Assembly: GCF_004010195.1 (NCBI RefSeq)
Contig: NC_057717.1
Coordinates: forward strand, 103,940,282-104,004,281
DNA length: 64,000 bases
From: Chiloscyllium plagiosum
Taxonomy: Eukaryota
Direction: 5' to 3'
Positions 1-12,964 of this stretch are shown in pieces (position 1 is the stretch's first letter; every line of letters starts with the position of its first letter). Position numbers and translations under genes: made by a program. The notes below the pieces were generated by a model. The model had not been told where the DNA came from. It did not search any database and saw only the letters and a list, made by a program, of their open reading frames with translations.

Positions 1-173
1 CTCCTCTAGCTTATCTCTCCACGCTTCAGGCTCTCTGCCTTTATTCCTGATGAAGGGCTTTTGCCCGAAACGTCGATTTTGCTGCTCCTCGGATGCTGCC
101 TGAACTGCTGTGCTCTTCCAGCACCACTGATCCAGAATCTGGTTTCCAGCATCTGCAGTCATTGTTTTTACCT
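1..173 (+). mobile_element. Penelope-like element terminal repeat fragment (family A)
   Basis: CCTGATGAAGGGCTTTTGCCCGAAACGTCGA...GGATGCTGCCTGA...CCAGCATCTGCAGTC; related copies recur many times in the window. Confidence 0.7.
43..78 (+). ncRNA. Minimal type-I hammerhead ribozyme motif (family A)
   Basis: CUGAUGA (47-53), extra A, GGGC-UUUU-GCCC, GAAA (67-70), CG, UC; cleavage predicted after 74. Stem I is short and imperfect. Confidence 0.6.
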
Positions 174-175
174 CC

Positions 176-640
176 GTGCTCTACGGTCTGTTCCCCGGGA
201 CGCACTCTGAGGTGAACATCAACTGTGCCTGGAGGACCATCAACTTGGTGAAAGAAGCACTTTGCTCTGCTCTGGAATGTGCCTATGCAGAGGAAGTCTG
301 GAGAGGAATGCAGTGGTGTTTGTCAAGGTTCGTCCCGAGTAGCTCCGTGACGAGGGACTCTGTGCTCTACGGTCTGTTCCCCGGGACGCAGTCTGAGGTG
401 AACATCAACTGTGCCTGGAGGACCATCAACTTGGTGAGAGAAGCACTTTGCTCTGCCCGAAACTTGCTGGTCTTCCAGCTGAAGGAGGTGACCCTGACTG
501 AGTGTTGCAGACTGGCACATTCCAAGGTCCAGGACTACGTGTTGAGGGACGCACTGAAGCTTGGGGCAGCTGCCGCCAAGGCGCGGTGGGGAAAGACCAC
601 CGTGTAAGGACCTCCTGCCAAAGAACAACGTGGGGCCCAT
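176..640 (+). mobile_element. Tx1/L1-clade non-LTR retrotransposon 3' end, with internal duplication
   Basis: ORF ...LECAYAEEVWRGMQWCLSRF...VLYGLFPG...ARNLLVFQ...YVLRDALKLGAAAAKARWGKTTV* resembles a Tx1-type ORF2 C-terminus. 176-269 is duplicated at 362-456. Confidence 0.65.
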
Positions 641-2387
641 TCAGTGGGATTAGAATTGTTTGGTGGCTGATTTTGACTGGCCCAATTATGATGGGCTGAA
701 GGGCCTTTCTCTGTGCTGTCGCCCTCTGTGACTCCAAAAGATGAAGTGCCATCAAGTGTTTGGAATTGATCGCGGCTTGTAAAGTGCTGGAGTGGAGACT
801 GCACAAGGGCTTGAGGTGAGCAGAAATCACCAATAGGAAAAGAACATCAAGGGACTGGGCAAATTGGCAAGAAGGAAAGTGGACAAGCTCAAAACTCCTT
901 GGCTTTTTGGGTCTGCAAGGCAGAGAACCCATTAATGAAGAAAGAAAGCTCTACAAATAAAATCAGAGGCAAGGCTTGAGGCATGTCACCCAAACGTCAC
1001 AAAATCTAATAAATGATAAATAAAACTGGATGGGTTCTGTCAGAGCTCCACTGTTTAGAACGGTGATGAAACACTCATTTGTTGTGAGGAGATCACTTGT
1101 GGGCCTGCAGACAGCGAGCTCTCCTTATCTGTGCTCCTGTAAAGTTTCTGTCATTTGTCAACACCATTCCCTGTTTATTTATGCATTTAAAGAAAAAAAA
1201 CAGAGAAGATTGCATTGGAGTGTGTGCAATTTCGAAAAAGAGAGTAGCAGCAAACACATACAAATACAGAGATTTCTTGGTGGGAGTAAATTGGCATCTT
1301 CTTCAAATCTGACCTCTTGCACATCCAACACTTTCACAGTTTCACCACTGCCATCACACGTCAACTGCCCCAGCCTCATGTTAGAGTATTCTGCCCTTAA
1401 CCTTCCTACCTTCCGTAGGACAGGATAGCAACCTACCGTGGAGCAAGTGTTCAGTCACCGAACCTAATATCGTCCTTTGTGCTTCAGTGTCAAATTTTGT
1501 TCGAGAATTCACTTCTGCGAAGTTTTACGTCGCTGATGGTGCCCTATAAATACGGGCCACTATTGGTGGGGTTAGGCAGATCCCAGCGTGAAAACACACA
1601 CACACACTGTTGTGCAATGTCATGGAAAACCTCTTTTCTGCACAAGTTATCACTGGTATACAGCCCCAGCTGTATGACACTGGTACATAAGTCTCTCTCG
1701 CAGGCAGTCCCTCAGAGGGTGTGCAGTTCCTTGCATACATACACACGCATGATAATGCTATTCAGCTCTGAGATCAGTGCTGTAGCTTTGTAAGAATTGA
1801 AACATTGTCCTGTTAACTGGTCAATTACCATATGAATCTGCTGAATGGCATCCGGCTGCCATTAATGCACTGAATACTGGTACTGAACCTCAAAGGGCAA
1901 GCTTTCACACTTGTCAGTTTAATGTGGCCTAGAATTTTATTGACCAGTCCTGCAGGGATAAATTACAAAGAATTACTGAAAGATCAATCAATGGAGTGTA
2001 GTTTTTCAGTTTTGGATAAATGGAAAACAGTAAAAGTATTAACCTATTTTACCCAAATAAAACCTTTTAAAATCCAATTGACTATCTTGACCCGTGTTTC
2101 TTTTTAGCTGAACACAGGTGCGTTAAGCTCACTGTCAGGTTGTGGTATAAAGAGCGCTCCAGCAAGCAGCTAAAAGCCAAGAAAGACATTGTGCGGCATG
2201 TTATCAGTATTACATAGTGCATTCCACTAAGTAAAGACAGGAAAACCTGCTGTCGGCAGTCACACAACATACATCGTACCAGCCGGGAAACTGACTTCAC
2301 AGTACAAGGTGCATAAATAGAAATAGAAATTGCTGGAAAAGCTCAGCAGATCTGGCAGCAATCTGATGAGAGAAATCAGAGTTAATG

Positions 2388-3385
2388 TCATAGAGCTATA
2401 GAGATGTACAGCATGGAAACAGACCCTTCGGTCCAACCCGTCCATGCCGACCAGATATCCCAACCCAATCTAGTCCCACCTGCCAGCACCCGGCCCATAC
2501 CCTCCAAACCCTTCCTATTCATATACCCATCCAAATGCCTCTTAAATGCTGTAACTGTACCATCCTCCACCACTTCCTCTGGCAGCTCATTCCATACAAT
2601 GCACCACCTTCTGTGTGAAAACATTGCCCCTTGGGTCCCTTTTATATCTTTCCCCTCTCACCCTAAACCTACGCCCTCTAGTTTTGGACTCCCCCAGCCC
2701 AGGGAAAATACTTTGTCTATTTATCCTATCCATGTCCCTTGTGATTTTATAAACCTCTATCAGGTCACCCCTCAGCTTCCGATGCTCCAGGGAAAACAGG
2801 CTCAGCCTGTTCAGCCTCTCCCTGTAGCTCAGATCCTCCAACCCTAGCAACATCCTTGTAAGTCTTTTCTGAACCCTTTCAAGTTTCACAACATCTTTCC
2901 GATAGGAAGGAGACCAGAATTGCACGCAATATCCAAACAGTGGCCTAACCAAAGTTCTGTATAGCCGCAATATGACCTCCCAACTCCTGTACTCAATACT
3001 CTGACCAATAAAGGAAAGCATACCAAACGCCGCCTTCGCTATCCTATCTACCTGCAACTCCACTTTCAAGGAGCTATGAACCTGCACTCCAAGGTCTCTT
3101 TGTTCAGCAACACTCCCTAGGACCTTACCATTAAGTGTATAAGTCCTGCTAAGATTTGCTTTCCCAAAATGCAGCACCTCACATTTATCTGAATTAAACT
3201 CCATCTGCCACTCCTCAGCCCATGGGCCCATCTGATCAAGATCCCGTTGTAATCTGAGGTAACCCTCTTCGCTGTCCACTACACCTCCAATTTTGGTGTC
3301 ATCAGCAAACTTACTAACTATACCTACGTTCATATCCAAATCGTTTATATAAATGACAAAAAGTAGTGGACCCAACACTGTTCCT
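2388..3385 (-). mobile_element. CR1 LINE, 5'-truncated
   Basis: 263-aa ORF LGPLLFVIYINDLD...KFADDTK...LYRTLVRP...RLRGDLIEVYKI, followed by a CR1-type 3' UTR and ctctat tail. Confidence 0.92.
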
Positions 3386-3821
3386 TGTTCGGTTTAGGTT
3401 GAAGAAAGACACATATGCTTGAGATAAGCCCTAATGAATTTACAATATGAGCAAGGGCATTGCAGGGGTCCTCAACTGTGGGGGATAAAGGGAGCCAGGA
3501 AAATATACAAATAGGAAGGGTTTAGAGGGATATGGGTCAAATGCTGCCAAATGGGACTAGATCATTGAATGATTTCAAGGGGCAACCAAATATAGCACCA
3601 GGGAGGAGTGGGACCAAACATTATGGGGAGAAAGCAGCATTGGGCTATTAAGTTGGGCAAACGGCCATGATCATGATGAATGGTGGAACAGGCTCAAAGG
3701 GCTGAATGGCCTCCTCCTGCTTCTATCTTCTATGATTCTATTAATTTAGGGTATCTGGTCGGCATAGTCGAGTTGGACCGAAGAGTCTGTTTCTAGTCCA
3801 TATAAAGCTATGACTGAAGCA

Positions 3822-4235
3822 TGATTTGGAGATGCCGTGCACCCTCTCACAGACTTAAGACAGTCTGCACCCACTGCACACACACATACACTCTCTCACA
3901 CTCACAACCCCCAACCCAGACACACACACACACACACACAGACAGACAAAGACCCACATGCACACATATATTTTGTGGGGTGAATTTGTACTTGCAGGGT
4001 TACATTGTACTTTGCTCAAAAACTGTGAAACTAACATGGTCATTCAAACAGATGAGAGACTTAACAAACAATCAAGGTATTTTTCAATGTATAATTTCAG
4101 TAAATTTTTGCTATAAATTCTGTGTTAGGATCGAGCCCTCCACAACCACCTGATGAAGGAGCGTCGCTCTGAAAGCTAGTGTGCTTCCAATTACACCTGT
4201 TGGACTATAACCTGGTGTTGTGTGATTGTTAACTT
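3822..4235 (+). mobile_element. Penelope-derived insertion (family B) containing a (CA)n tract
   Basis: Perfect 13-bp TSD TATGACTGAAGCA at 3809-3821 and 4236-4248; carries a hammerhead motif. Confidence 0.75.
4147..4181 (+). ncRNA. Minimal type-I hammerhead ribozyme motif (family B)
   Basis: CAC-CUGAUGA-A-GGAGC-GUC-GCUCU-GAAA-GC-UA-GUG: stem I CAC/GUG, stem II 5 bp, palindromic AGCU at stem III. Confidence 0.65.
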
Positions 4236-4403
4236 TATGACTGAAGCAGACATCAAAACTTCCAACAGGGGCAGTTAGATGGACGCACTTCTCTTTTAGA
4301 CCAAATGTGTCACACTATTATATAAAAGAGGCAACTTGCCCAAATACCCACTTATCCCAGTGTTAACATTCGTGAAATCATCCTGCATTAAAGTCATCAT
4401 TAC

Positions 4404-4565
4404 CCATGAATCCAATTCCCAGAGGAGGAGACGGCAGGTATTTGGAAGCCGCACTGAGCAGCGGATCGAGGTGCTCTGTCCCTGCTGCAACTTTACTCGG
4501 ATCCCAGCTTCCGCTGCAGAATCTCCGGATCTTTTTCCCTAGGATTCCATTCACTTCTAACAGGG
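4404..4565 (-). CDS. SLC27A1: SLC27A1 coding exon 3
   Basis: 162 bp, acceptor tttctattccAG, donor GTAATG. Encodes ALLEVNGILGKKIRRFCSGSWDPSKVAAGTEHLDPLLSAASKYLPSPPLGIGFM(D), in frame with exon 2. The next exon (YIYTSGTTG motif) was not found in the window. Confidence 0.9.
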
Positions 4566-5704
4566 CTGGAATAGAAACAAAAGGTATAAACCAATCAGGT
4601 GTAGCCCGAGGCAGCGACAGTGCTTCCAGCCTGCTGCAGTCATGGTGCGTTTACTGCATTCTGGCCACAGAACTAACACTGTGACACTCTGTGAGCAACC
4701 CAAATCAGAGATTTTCAAAAATGTGAAATGCAGGTTTGGTGCAGAAAGAGGGTTAATTTAGAAGAAACCTCATAAATCAAGATTAAACTTCATGGACTTG
4801 GGCCAGGATTTAACAAAGCAGGAGGCCATTTGGCCCATTCTATACGAGCTAGCCCTTGGTAAAAGCTAGGCCATTTTCCTTTTGGGAAGACGCTATTGAA
4901 CTCTGTTCTCCAACCTTTTGAGAATTGGAAAGCTCTGGGCTGGTCTATCAATCCCAAGCGGACAGTGCACTGGGCAAAGGGTTAGGCATTGTCAGTGGTC
5001 TCATTTCTAAGAGAACCTGATGTTGGAAACCTCTGTCCATCTTGTCGGTAAGGCTTTCACTTCCTCCTAACGAGCTTGTGTATCATGCGATGACACAAAC
5101 ACATCAACAGACCATACAGCCTGTTACGCCCACACAATGAGCCCTGCCCCTCCTGCTCTTACACTAGCCCTAACTGTTTCCTTTTGAAGTATTTCTCCAA
5201 TTCCTTTGAAAGGTATCCAATTTGCTTCCAACACCTTTATAAGGAATTCATTAGGGAAACAGGTGCAGTACAATAGTGCATCCAGCTAAGAGACTGGGTG
5301 ATACAGCCTTGGCTATTTTCCAGGGCAGTGCCGGACTTTCACCCATCACCTTTACCCCAATCCATATTCTGCATTAAGGGTCGATAGGTATAGGTGGCAG
5401 GCCCTTGATTGAGATCTCTAGCACAAAGATGGAAAGAGTTACCACTCCAGGGAAATAGGTGCAAAGTCCAGGTCATCACTCCAGCTGAGAGAGTGCTGCA
5501 CTGACAGTGATGCTGTATTTATGGTGACAGGTATAATCGTTTGCTCTTTCCAGGCTGCTGTGCACAAGTTGGCTGCATAATGCCCTGTTAAATGACTGGG
5601 AATGCTGTGTGTGTGTGTGTGGGTATACGCATATGTGTCTGTGTGCACGCGTGTGCCTGTGAATTGCAGGCGCTTGTCTTTTTAGCTGTATACTGCAGAC
5701 TCAC

Positions 5705-6099
5705 CATCGTTCATCTCTGCGCCAAAGATAATGGCCTTGGCTCCTGACACAGACAGGCAGTGAGTGAGTGCGTCGAGGCGGAGATTGAAGTTGAGCAGTG
5801 CCCCCTCCACTCCAACTTTAGCCATCCCAAGCCACAGCCCGACAAACTCCGGCCTGCTCTCCATGAACAAGGCAATGACATCACCCGGTCCGTAGCCTTG
5901 CTCCCGAAGGAAGTTGCCCACGGCATTGGAATACTCGTCGAGGTCCCTGAAAGTCCACTTTTCGTCAACCCCTTCATAAATGAGGGCAACCTTATCTGGG
6001 TGTTTCTGCACTGTGTCGTGAAAGATCTTCGGGATAGTGCTGTCTTCCCGTTGGTGTTTCCATACAGCTAACTTAACCCTCAGCAGCAACAACAGACCA
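5705..6099 (-). CDS. SLC27A1: SLC27A1 coding exon 2
   Basis: 395 bp, acceptor ctctttggcAG, donor GTGAGT. Encodes [19 protein letters not shown]...[12 protein letters not shown]...[16 protein letters not shown]...[21 protein letters not shown]...IIFGAEMND, typical of the FATP N-terminal domain. Phase continues from exon 1. Confidence 0.95.
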
Positions 6100-6432
6100 C
6101 TGCCAAAGAGGGGAAAAAGAAAAACCACACACCATTACTTTACATTTCATTCTCCAGGGAACTTGTGAAATCACAGATAACCAACAGGTGCTCCAGTCAG
6201 AGATATGATCTGCAGTTTTTCACCGAAAGCCTAACTGGTGACTACCATTGATTGTCGGAAAACATCCTACCTGCGCTGCTACGGTCCTTGAAGGAACAAA
6301 ATCCGCTTTCCTGACCTGGTCTGGCCTGACTGTGACTCCAGAACCACAGCAAAGTGGTTTACTCTAAAATGCTCTCTGAAATGGCCAAACCAAATATTGC
6401 CCTTGAGCTAATTTGGGGATGAGCAGTAAATG

Positions 6433-6627
6433 GGCTGAAAATGTGTTGCTGGAAAAGCGCAGCAGGTCAGGCAGCATCCAAGGAACAGGGGAATCGACGT
6501 TTCGGAAGAAGGGCTTATGCCCGAAACGTCGATTCTCCTGCTCCTTGGATGCTGCCTGACCTGCTGCGCTTTTCCAGCAACACATTTTCAGCTCTGATCT
6601 CCAGCATCTGCAGTCCTCACTTTCTCC
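6433..6627 (+). mobile_element. Penelope-derived fold-back insertion (family A)
   Basis: Inverted arms 6434-6505 and 6521-6592; perfect 14-bp TSD ATGAGCAGTAAATG at 6419-6432 and 6628-6641. Confidence 0.8.
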
Positions 6628-6709
6628 ATGAGCAGTAAATGTAAACTTGAACAGTCTTGAATGATTATGCTGATTCCAATCTTTCATGGGCACTTTATGA
6701 AGGATTGAA

Positions 6710-7366
6710 AAGATAGTGAAGAAGGCGTTTGGTATGCTTTCCTTTATTGGTCAGAGTATTGAGTACAGGAGTTGGGAGGTCACGGTGCGGCTGTACAGGA
6801 CATTGGTTAGTCCACTGTTAGAATATTGCATGCAATTCTGGTCTCCTGCCTATCGGAAAGATGTTGTGAAATTTGAATGGGTTCAGAAAAGATTTACAAG
6901 AGATGTTGTTAGGGTTGGAGGATTTGAGCTGTAGGGAGAGGCTGAACAGGCTGGGGCTGTTTTCCCTGGAGCATCAGAGGCTGAGGGGTGACCTGATAGA
7001 GGTTTATAAAATCATGAGGGGCATGGATAAGATAAATAGACAAAGTCTTTTCCCTGGGTTGGGGGAGTCCAGAACTAGAGTTGATAGGTTTAGGGCGAGA
7101 AGGGAAAGATATAAAAGAGGCCTAAGGGGTAACTTTTTCTCGCAGAGGATGGTACGTGTATGGAATGAGCTGCCAGAGGAAATGGTGGAGGCTGGTAACA
7201 TTACAACATTTAAGAAGCATTTGGATGGGTATATGAATAGGAAGGGTTTGGAGGGATATGGGCCGGGTGCTGGCAGGTGGGACTAGATTGGGTTGGGATA
7301 TCTGGTTCAGCATGGACGGGTTGGACCGAAGGTCTGTTTCCGTGCTGTACATCTCTATGACTCTAT
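6710..7366 (+). mobile_element. CR1 LINE 3' fragment
   Basis: KAFGMLSFIGQSIEYRSWEV...RLRGDLIEVYKIMRG...WNELPEE; same subfamily as 2388-3385. Confidence 0.9.
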
Positions 7367-8299
7367 GAGCGGCGCTGGAAAAGTACAGTAGGTCAGGCAG
7401 CACCCGAGGAGCAGGAAAATCGATGTTTCACCTCTTGTCCCCTTTTTGCCCTCCTGATTTCCCTCTTAAGTACACTCCTACTGCTGTAATGCTCCTTTAA
7501 GGATTGACTCGATCTCTCCTGTCTATACCTGACATATGCTTCCAGACACAAAGAGACAGACAGAGAGAGAGAGAGAGTGGTGGACAGGCAGTCAGAGAGA
7601 TTGAGATGGAAGTTTATCTGTGATATGGAAATAAGTGTTTCCTGACTTCCCCCCGAATGCCTTGACTCGAATTTTAAAATGATACTCCCTTTTGCTCGAT
7701 ACCCTGACTGGAGATTTTAATTAGTCTGTCCCAGCCTGTTCAAATCCATTTAAAATCCCAAGAGAACACACCTCAATCGTCTCCAAACACAGCTGACGAT
7801 CTTCCTCACTGAAGCCTGAGCCCTTCCCAAAAGAATCTTAATTTTTAAAAATGGCCTTCTCCAGGCCTAGGCTATGGGAAAGATAAGGAAGCAACTCCTC
7901 ACGAGCCTCTCCAACAATCGGAAACAATGTTATCCACAATACTGGTTTCAGCAGAACTGGCACAAGCTTGCTGGCGACAGACCAGGAAGATTTGAGCAAT
8001 GCTTGCAATTCAACCCACTGTTCGCCTCCCAGAAACGATGGCTCACATTTCACCAGGCCTTCGGGAGAGGAAGTGTGACCAAGTGAACTTCAAATCACGT
8101 GAACCTGTGTAACCTTTGGAGAGAACCTGCACCCATGTTAGAAAAGGTCCAGAAAGCTTAGTCACTTTCAGAAGCTGTTTTCTGTTAATAAATTTCTTTA
8201 GGCAAGATCGCTGTGCAGATTAGACTTTTAATTACAGTTACAGAACTTTTCCAACTTTCCTACACGTAGGGTAAACAAACTATTTTAAAGATTGACAGA

Positions 8300-9425
8300 T
8301 ATCTTCCATACCCTTCTCCATAGTAAACACTGATGCAAAATACTCGTTTAGTATCTCCCCCATCTCCTGTGGCTCCACACACAGTTTGCCTTACTGATCT
8401 TTGAGGGCTCTATTCTCTCCCTAGTTACCCTTTTGTCCTTAATATATTTATAAAATCCCTTTGGATTCTCCTTAACCTTATTTGCCAAAGCTACCTCATG
8501 TCCCCTTTTTGCCCTCCTGATTTCCCTCTTAAGTACACTCCTACTGGTTTAATACTCCTTTAAGGATTGACTCAATCTCTCCTGTCTATACCTGACATAT
8601 GCTTCCATTTTTTTCTTAACCAAAACATCAATTTGTTTAATCATTCAGCATTCCCTATACCTACCAGCCTTTCCTTTCACCCTGACAGGAATATACTGTC
8701 TCTGGACTCTCGTTATCTCACTTCTGAAGGCTTCCATTTTTCCAGCCGTCCCTTTGCCTACGAACATCTGCCCCCAAATCAAGTTTTGAAAGTTCTTGCC
8801 TAATACAGTCAAAACTGACCTTCCTCCAATTTAGAACTTCAACTTTTAGATCAGGTCAATCCTCTTCCATCAGTATATTACAATCCCAATAAGGTGATCA
8901 TCCCTTTCTTAATTCTCAGTTCCACCCAAATAACTTCCCTGGATGTATTTCCGGGAATGCCCTCCCAAAGTACAGCTGTAATATTATCCCTATTCAAAAA
9001 CGCTACACCCCCTCCCTTCCTGTAGCATTTGTATCCTGGAACATTAAGCTGCCAGTCCTGCCCATCCCTGAGCCATGTTTCTGTAATTGCTGTGATATCC
9101 CAGTCCCATGTTCCTAACCACGCCCTGAGCTCATCTGCCTTCCCTGTTCGGCCCCTACCAGTTCTACCTTGTTCTCTGCTTTGTCCCTACCTGCCCTGAC
9201 TGTTCCGACTCGTTCCTTCCCCACCCCCACCTTACTTGTTCAAATCCTCCCGAGCAGCTCTTGCAAATCTCCCTGCCAGGATACTAATCTCCTTCCAAAT
9301 TCAGGTGTAATCTGTCCTCCTTGTAAAGGTCACTTCTACCCCAGGAGAGATTCCAATGAGCCAAAAGTGTGAATCCTTCTCCCCTGCACCAGCTCCTCAG
9401 CCACAGATTCATCTGCTCTATCCTT
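8300..9425 (-). mobile_element. CR1 LINE internal ORF2 fragment, decayed
   Basis: Minus strand gives KVKENPKGFYKYIKDKRVTRE...MGEILNEYFASVFT. Part of it (about 8497-8605) recurs at about 7432-7546. Confidence 0.75.
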
Positions 9426-9593
9426 AAGTTTGTTTACATCACATGGTACAACATGAAATGAGGTATAGGAACAGGAAAAGACCATTCACCCCCTCTAGCT
9501 TCACCTATATTCAATCAGACTTCGGCTGATCTGTAGTTTCACTCTATCTGCTGTTTTCATTTCCTGTCACTGAATGCCATCACCTACCAAAGC

Positions 9594-10040
9594 AGGGTTG
9601 AAGGTTTTGACCTATAGGGAGAGGTTGAACAGGCTGGGGCTGTTTTCCCTGGAGTGTCAGAGGCTGAGGGGGTGATCTTATAGAGGTTTTTAAAATCATG
9701 AGGGGCATAGATAGGATAAATTGACAAGGTCTTTTTCCTGGGGTGGGGGAGTCCAGAACTAGAGGGCATAGGTTTGGGGTGAAAGGGAAAAGATTTAAAA
9801 TGGACCTAAGGGGCAACCTTTCCATGCAGAGGGTGGTGAGTGTATGGAATGAGCTGCCAGAGGAAATGGTGGAGGCTGGTACAATTACAACATTTAAAAG
9901 GCATTTGGATGAGTATATGAATAGGAAGGGTTTAGAGGGATATTGGCAAAGTGTTGGCCAATGGGATTAGATTGGGTTGGGATATCTGGTCAGCATGGAC
10001 GGGTTGGACCGAAGAGTCTGTTTCCGTGCTGTACATCTCT
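9594..10040 (+). mobile_element. CR1 LINE 3' fragment
   Basis: Same CR1 3' sequence as 6710-7366. Confidence 0.88.
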
Positions 10041-10792
10041 GCCTTTCAAGTCTTTCACGTTTGAGTTGAATGCCAGCATGGGGGGGGGGGGGGGGGGGAG
10101 AGCTACAGATTCCATTCCTTTTCAAGTGAAGTTGGTGATGATACTGGGGAATATTTGCAGTGAATGATGGAGCTTTATGTCTTAAACCAGTTGAGGCAAT
10201 ACCTGGTTCAGGATAATCAGATTGAGAAACATGGTATTTTCTAACGAGGATTTCACACCTGCTCAGGTTGACATGAGAGAGAATCTATGCCTGGTATCTG
10301 AGACAACGTGACCACCTTAACAAACAAAAGCCAGATTAACTCGCTGCATGGCTCACTTGCAGCTTGAGAGAAGATGCGCACTAATTGGTCCTTATGTATG
10401 TTTTCCTTAATTCTTTCACACCGTACCAACCTCACTGACAAGGTCAGCAATTACTGCTAATTCCTAATTGCCCTTGAGGGCGTGATCACCGGCCATGTTC
10501 TTGAACTCTTCCAATCCATGAGATGCCTGTGCACACACAATGCTGTGGAGAAGAGTTTATTCTATTACTGGCAAGAGCATTGAATTGAATCTGAAGGACT
10601 TTGGGATGCTCTGTGAATGTAATAATGGCGGTTACATCAATGCAAGCTCTTCTTCACTCTTAAAGAAGTGGTGAAAAAAAACTGATGTCCCAAAGAGCAG
10701 ATACAGTCTAATCCGAGACAGTCACTGGGCTTTGTGGAGTTGCATTTGGCTGTCACCAATGCTCTGTTTTTAGTAAAAGTGGCATTCTGACT

Positions 10793-11091
10793 TTAGATTA
10801 GATTCCCTACAGTGTAGAAACAGGCCATCCAGCCCAACAAATCCACACAGTCCCTCTGAAGAGCAACCCACCCCCCTACATTTACCCCTTCACCTAACAG
10901 TATGGGCAATTTAGCACGGCCAATTCACCTAACCTGTACATTTTTGGACTGTGGGAGGAAACCGGAGCACCCGGAGGAAACCCACTCAGACACGGGGCGA
11001 ATGTGCAAACTCCACACAGTCAGTTGCCGGAGGTGGGAATTGAACCCGGGTCTCTGGCGCTGTGAGGCAGCAGTGCTAACCACTGTGCCGC
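10793..11091 (-). mobile_element. tRNA-derived V-SINE (HE1-like)
   Basis: Reverse complement of the GGTTAGCACTGCTGCCTCACAGCGCC head, the GTGTGGAGTTTGCAC...GGGTTTCCTCC core and a (TAATC)n tail. Confidence 0.85.
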
Positions 11092-11194
11092 ATTCTTATT
11101 TAACTTAGCATCAGGCAACCTTTCAGACTATTGAGGAGTGCAGACCCACAAAGTGAAAAGAGAGTTCTAAAATAAAATAATGTTGGCTTCAGGT

Positions 11195-11312
11195 AGAAAG
11201 TGAGGAGTGCAAACGCTGGAGCTCAGAGTCGAGAGTTTGGTGCTGGAAAAGCACAGCGGGTCAGGCAGCATCCGAGGAGCGAGAGAATCAACATTTCGGG
11301 CATAAGTCCTTC
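11195..11312 (-). mobile_element. Penelope-derived fragment (family A), hammerhead core truncated
   Basis: Reverse complement matches the family A terminal repeat but lacks CTGATGA. Confidence 0.65.
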
Positions 11313-12276
11313 CTTGTACAATTGAAATATGGACGGCGGGGTAAATGGGAGAGACCTGCACTTGATTGGAAAGGTTTGGAAACCGGATTGGAATTTGGGT
11401 GCTTAGCTTTTGTTGCTTTAACGCTTAGACAATGTGCTCCAATATTAATAAGGTATTAAAAAGGAGGCGAGAGGGGGGCACGCAGGAGTGGATGGTTAGG
11501 GAATGCACCAAGGTTCAGCTGCAATTGATAGAACACAGGGAAGTGAGAGATATGCAAAAGGAGTCGCAGAAACGTCGCGGTTTTGGAAAGGTTGCATAAT
11601 TTGACTGCTGTGAAACAGTGCAGAAGCAATGTTGTCATTTCAATATATCATCATTCTGTCAGCCTCCTTAATCCCACACTAAGTACAATTTAATCAATGT
11701 GAACGTCAACAAGATACAGGGCAACATCTACTGCTGATGAGAATAATATGGTTTCTTTAAGGTGGTATGCTTGTGGTTTGAGACCCTGTACCACATAGCA
11801 TTGCTTAGTACAGAATTAACAGCAGTGAACAAACTGTTCCCTTTAAAGAAAGGTGGCTGTTTCAACAGACAGAGACCAACTCCACTGCAAGGGTGTCACC
11901 AGACTGACAGCTTCACACAATGTCTGTCTACACCTTAGAATGACTTGCAGGTCAGACAGGGCTGAAGCCAGAAGTTGAGGCAGACGTTCAGGTCTAATTA
12001 GCTGACCAGCCAAGTTAGGTGCATGCATCCCCAGTAATCCTTTATTCAAAAGAAAGAATAAAGTGAGATATTAAATCCTTATCCATTCTGAAACGGTTAG
12101 AAAGTATCAAATTAAGATAACTCCCCAACAGAGTTAAGGATTCCTGCAGCAGTGGAGAATGCAGCTCTGCTTTGAATACCAGGAGTAATGTGTCAAATGG
12201 GTCTTTTCACTGTCTAAATGCAGAAAAAGAGGCCGATAATGAAAGGATCTTTTCTTCAATTGCTAATTTTGAGGGG

Positions 12277-12550
12277 GAGGCAATGGCATAGTGGTATTAT
12301 CACTGGACTATTAAATCCAGAGACTGAGGTAATATTCTGGGGACCTGGGTTTGAATCCTGCTATACGGCAGATGATGGAAGTTGAATTCAATAAATATCT
12401 GGAATTAAGAATCTAATCAATTGTTGAACCATCTGCTTCACTAATGTCCTTACCTGGTCTGGCCTACATGTGACTCCAGCTCCACAGCCTTAGGGACAAG
12501 CAATAAATGCTGGTCTAGTCAGTGACACATTCATCCCATGCATGAATTAA
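12277..12550 (+). mobile_element. Second tRNA-derived SINE family
   Basis: GGAGGCAATGGCATAGTGG A-box-like and GGTTTGAATCC B-box-like head; CCTTACCTGGTCTGGCCTACATGTGACTCCAG body. Related copies at about 6230-6430, 21250-21510, 53340-53550, 56610-56935 (-), 57230-57410 and 61217-61520. Confidence 0.7.
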
Positions 12551-12964
12551 AAAAAAAACGTAATTTATCACCTTTATTTTGGCCAATCTGAAATGTAATA
12601 TCGGGAGTGGCAAATCCAAGTTGCATGTATCAATATGAATCACGATCAGATAGACTAACTGGTAAAGGAACATTTCAAAACATGTTGCAACAAATTAGGC
12701 AAAGGGCAAGGACAATTTTATAAGGCTATGGTGAAAGAGCAAGGGGATGGAAGGAATTGGTTGAATTAGTTTCAATAGTAACACGGTTAGCAGACATGGT
12801 GGGCCAAAGGGCCTGTTTCTGTGCTGCATTGTTCTCTGTTCTAAAGGCACAATGGGCCAAGTAGCCCTCTCCAGGGCTGTATAATTTCACTGTGACAGTG
12901 ACCGAGTTGGGAGACGTGAGATCTGCTATTTAGGGAACACTGTCTGCATTAAAGCAGAACAAAT

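Noticed and set aside
1480..1600. CpG-containing stretch with CTATAAATA, possibly a promoter or small RNA
   Set aside because: No match to any snRNA, snoRNA or miRNA I can recognise; a lone TATA-like word is insufficient.
5555..5566. Reverse-strand GTGCACAGCAG resembling the VHSR end of SLC27A1 exon 4
   Set aside because: Wrong position (between exons 2 and 3), no donor, and no YTSGTTG motif.
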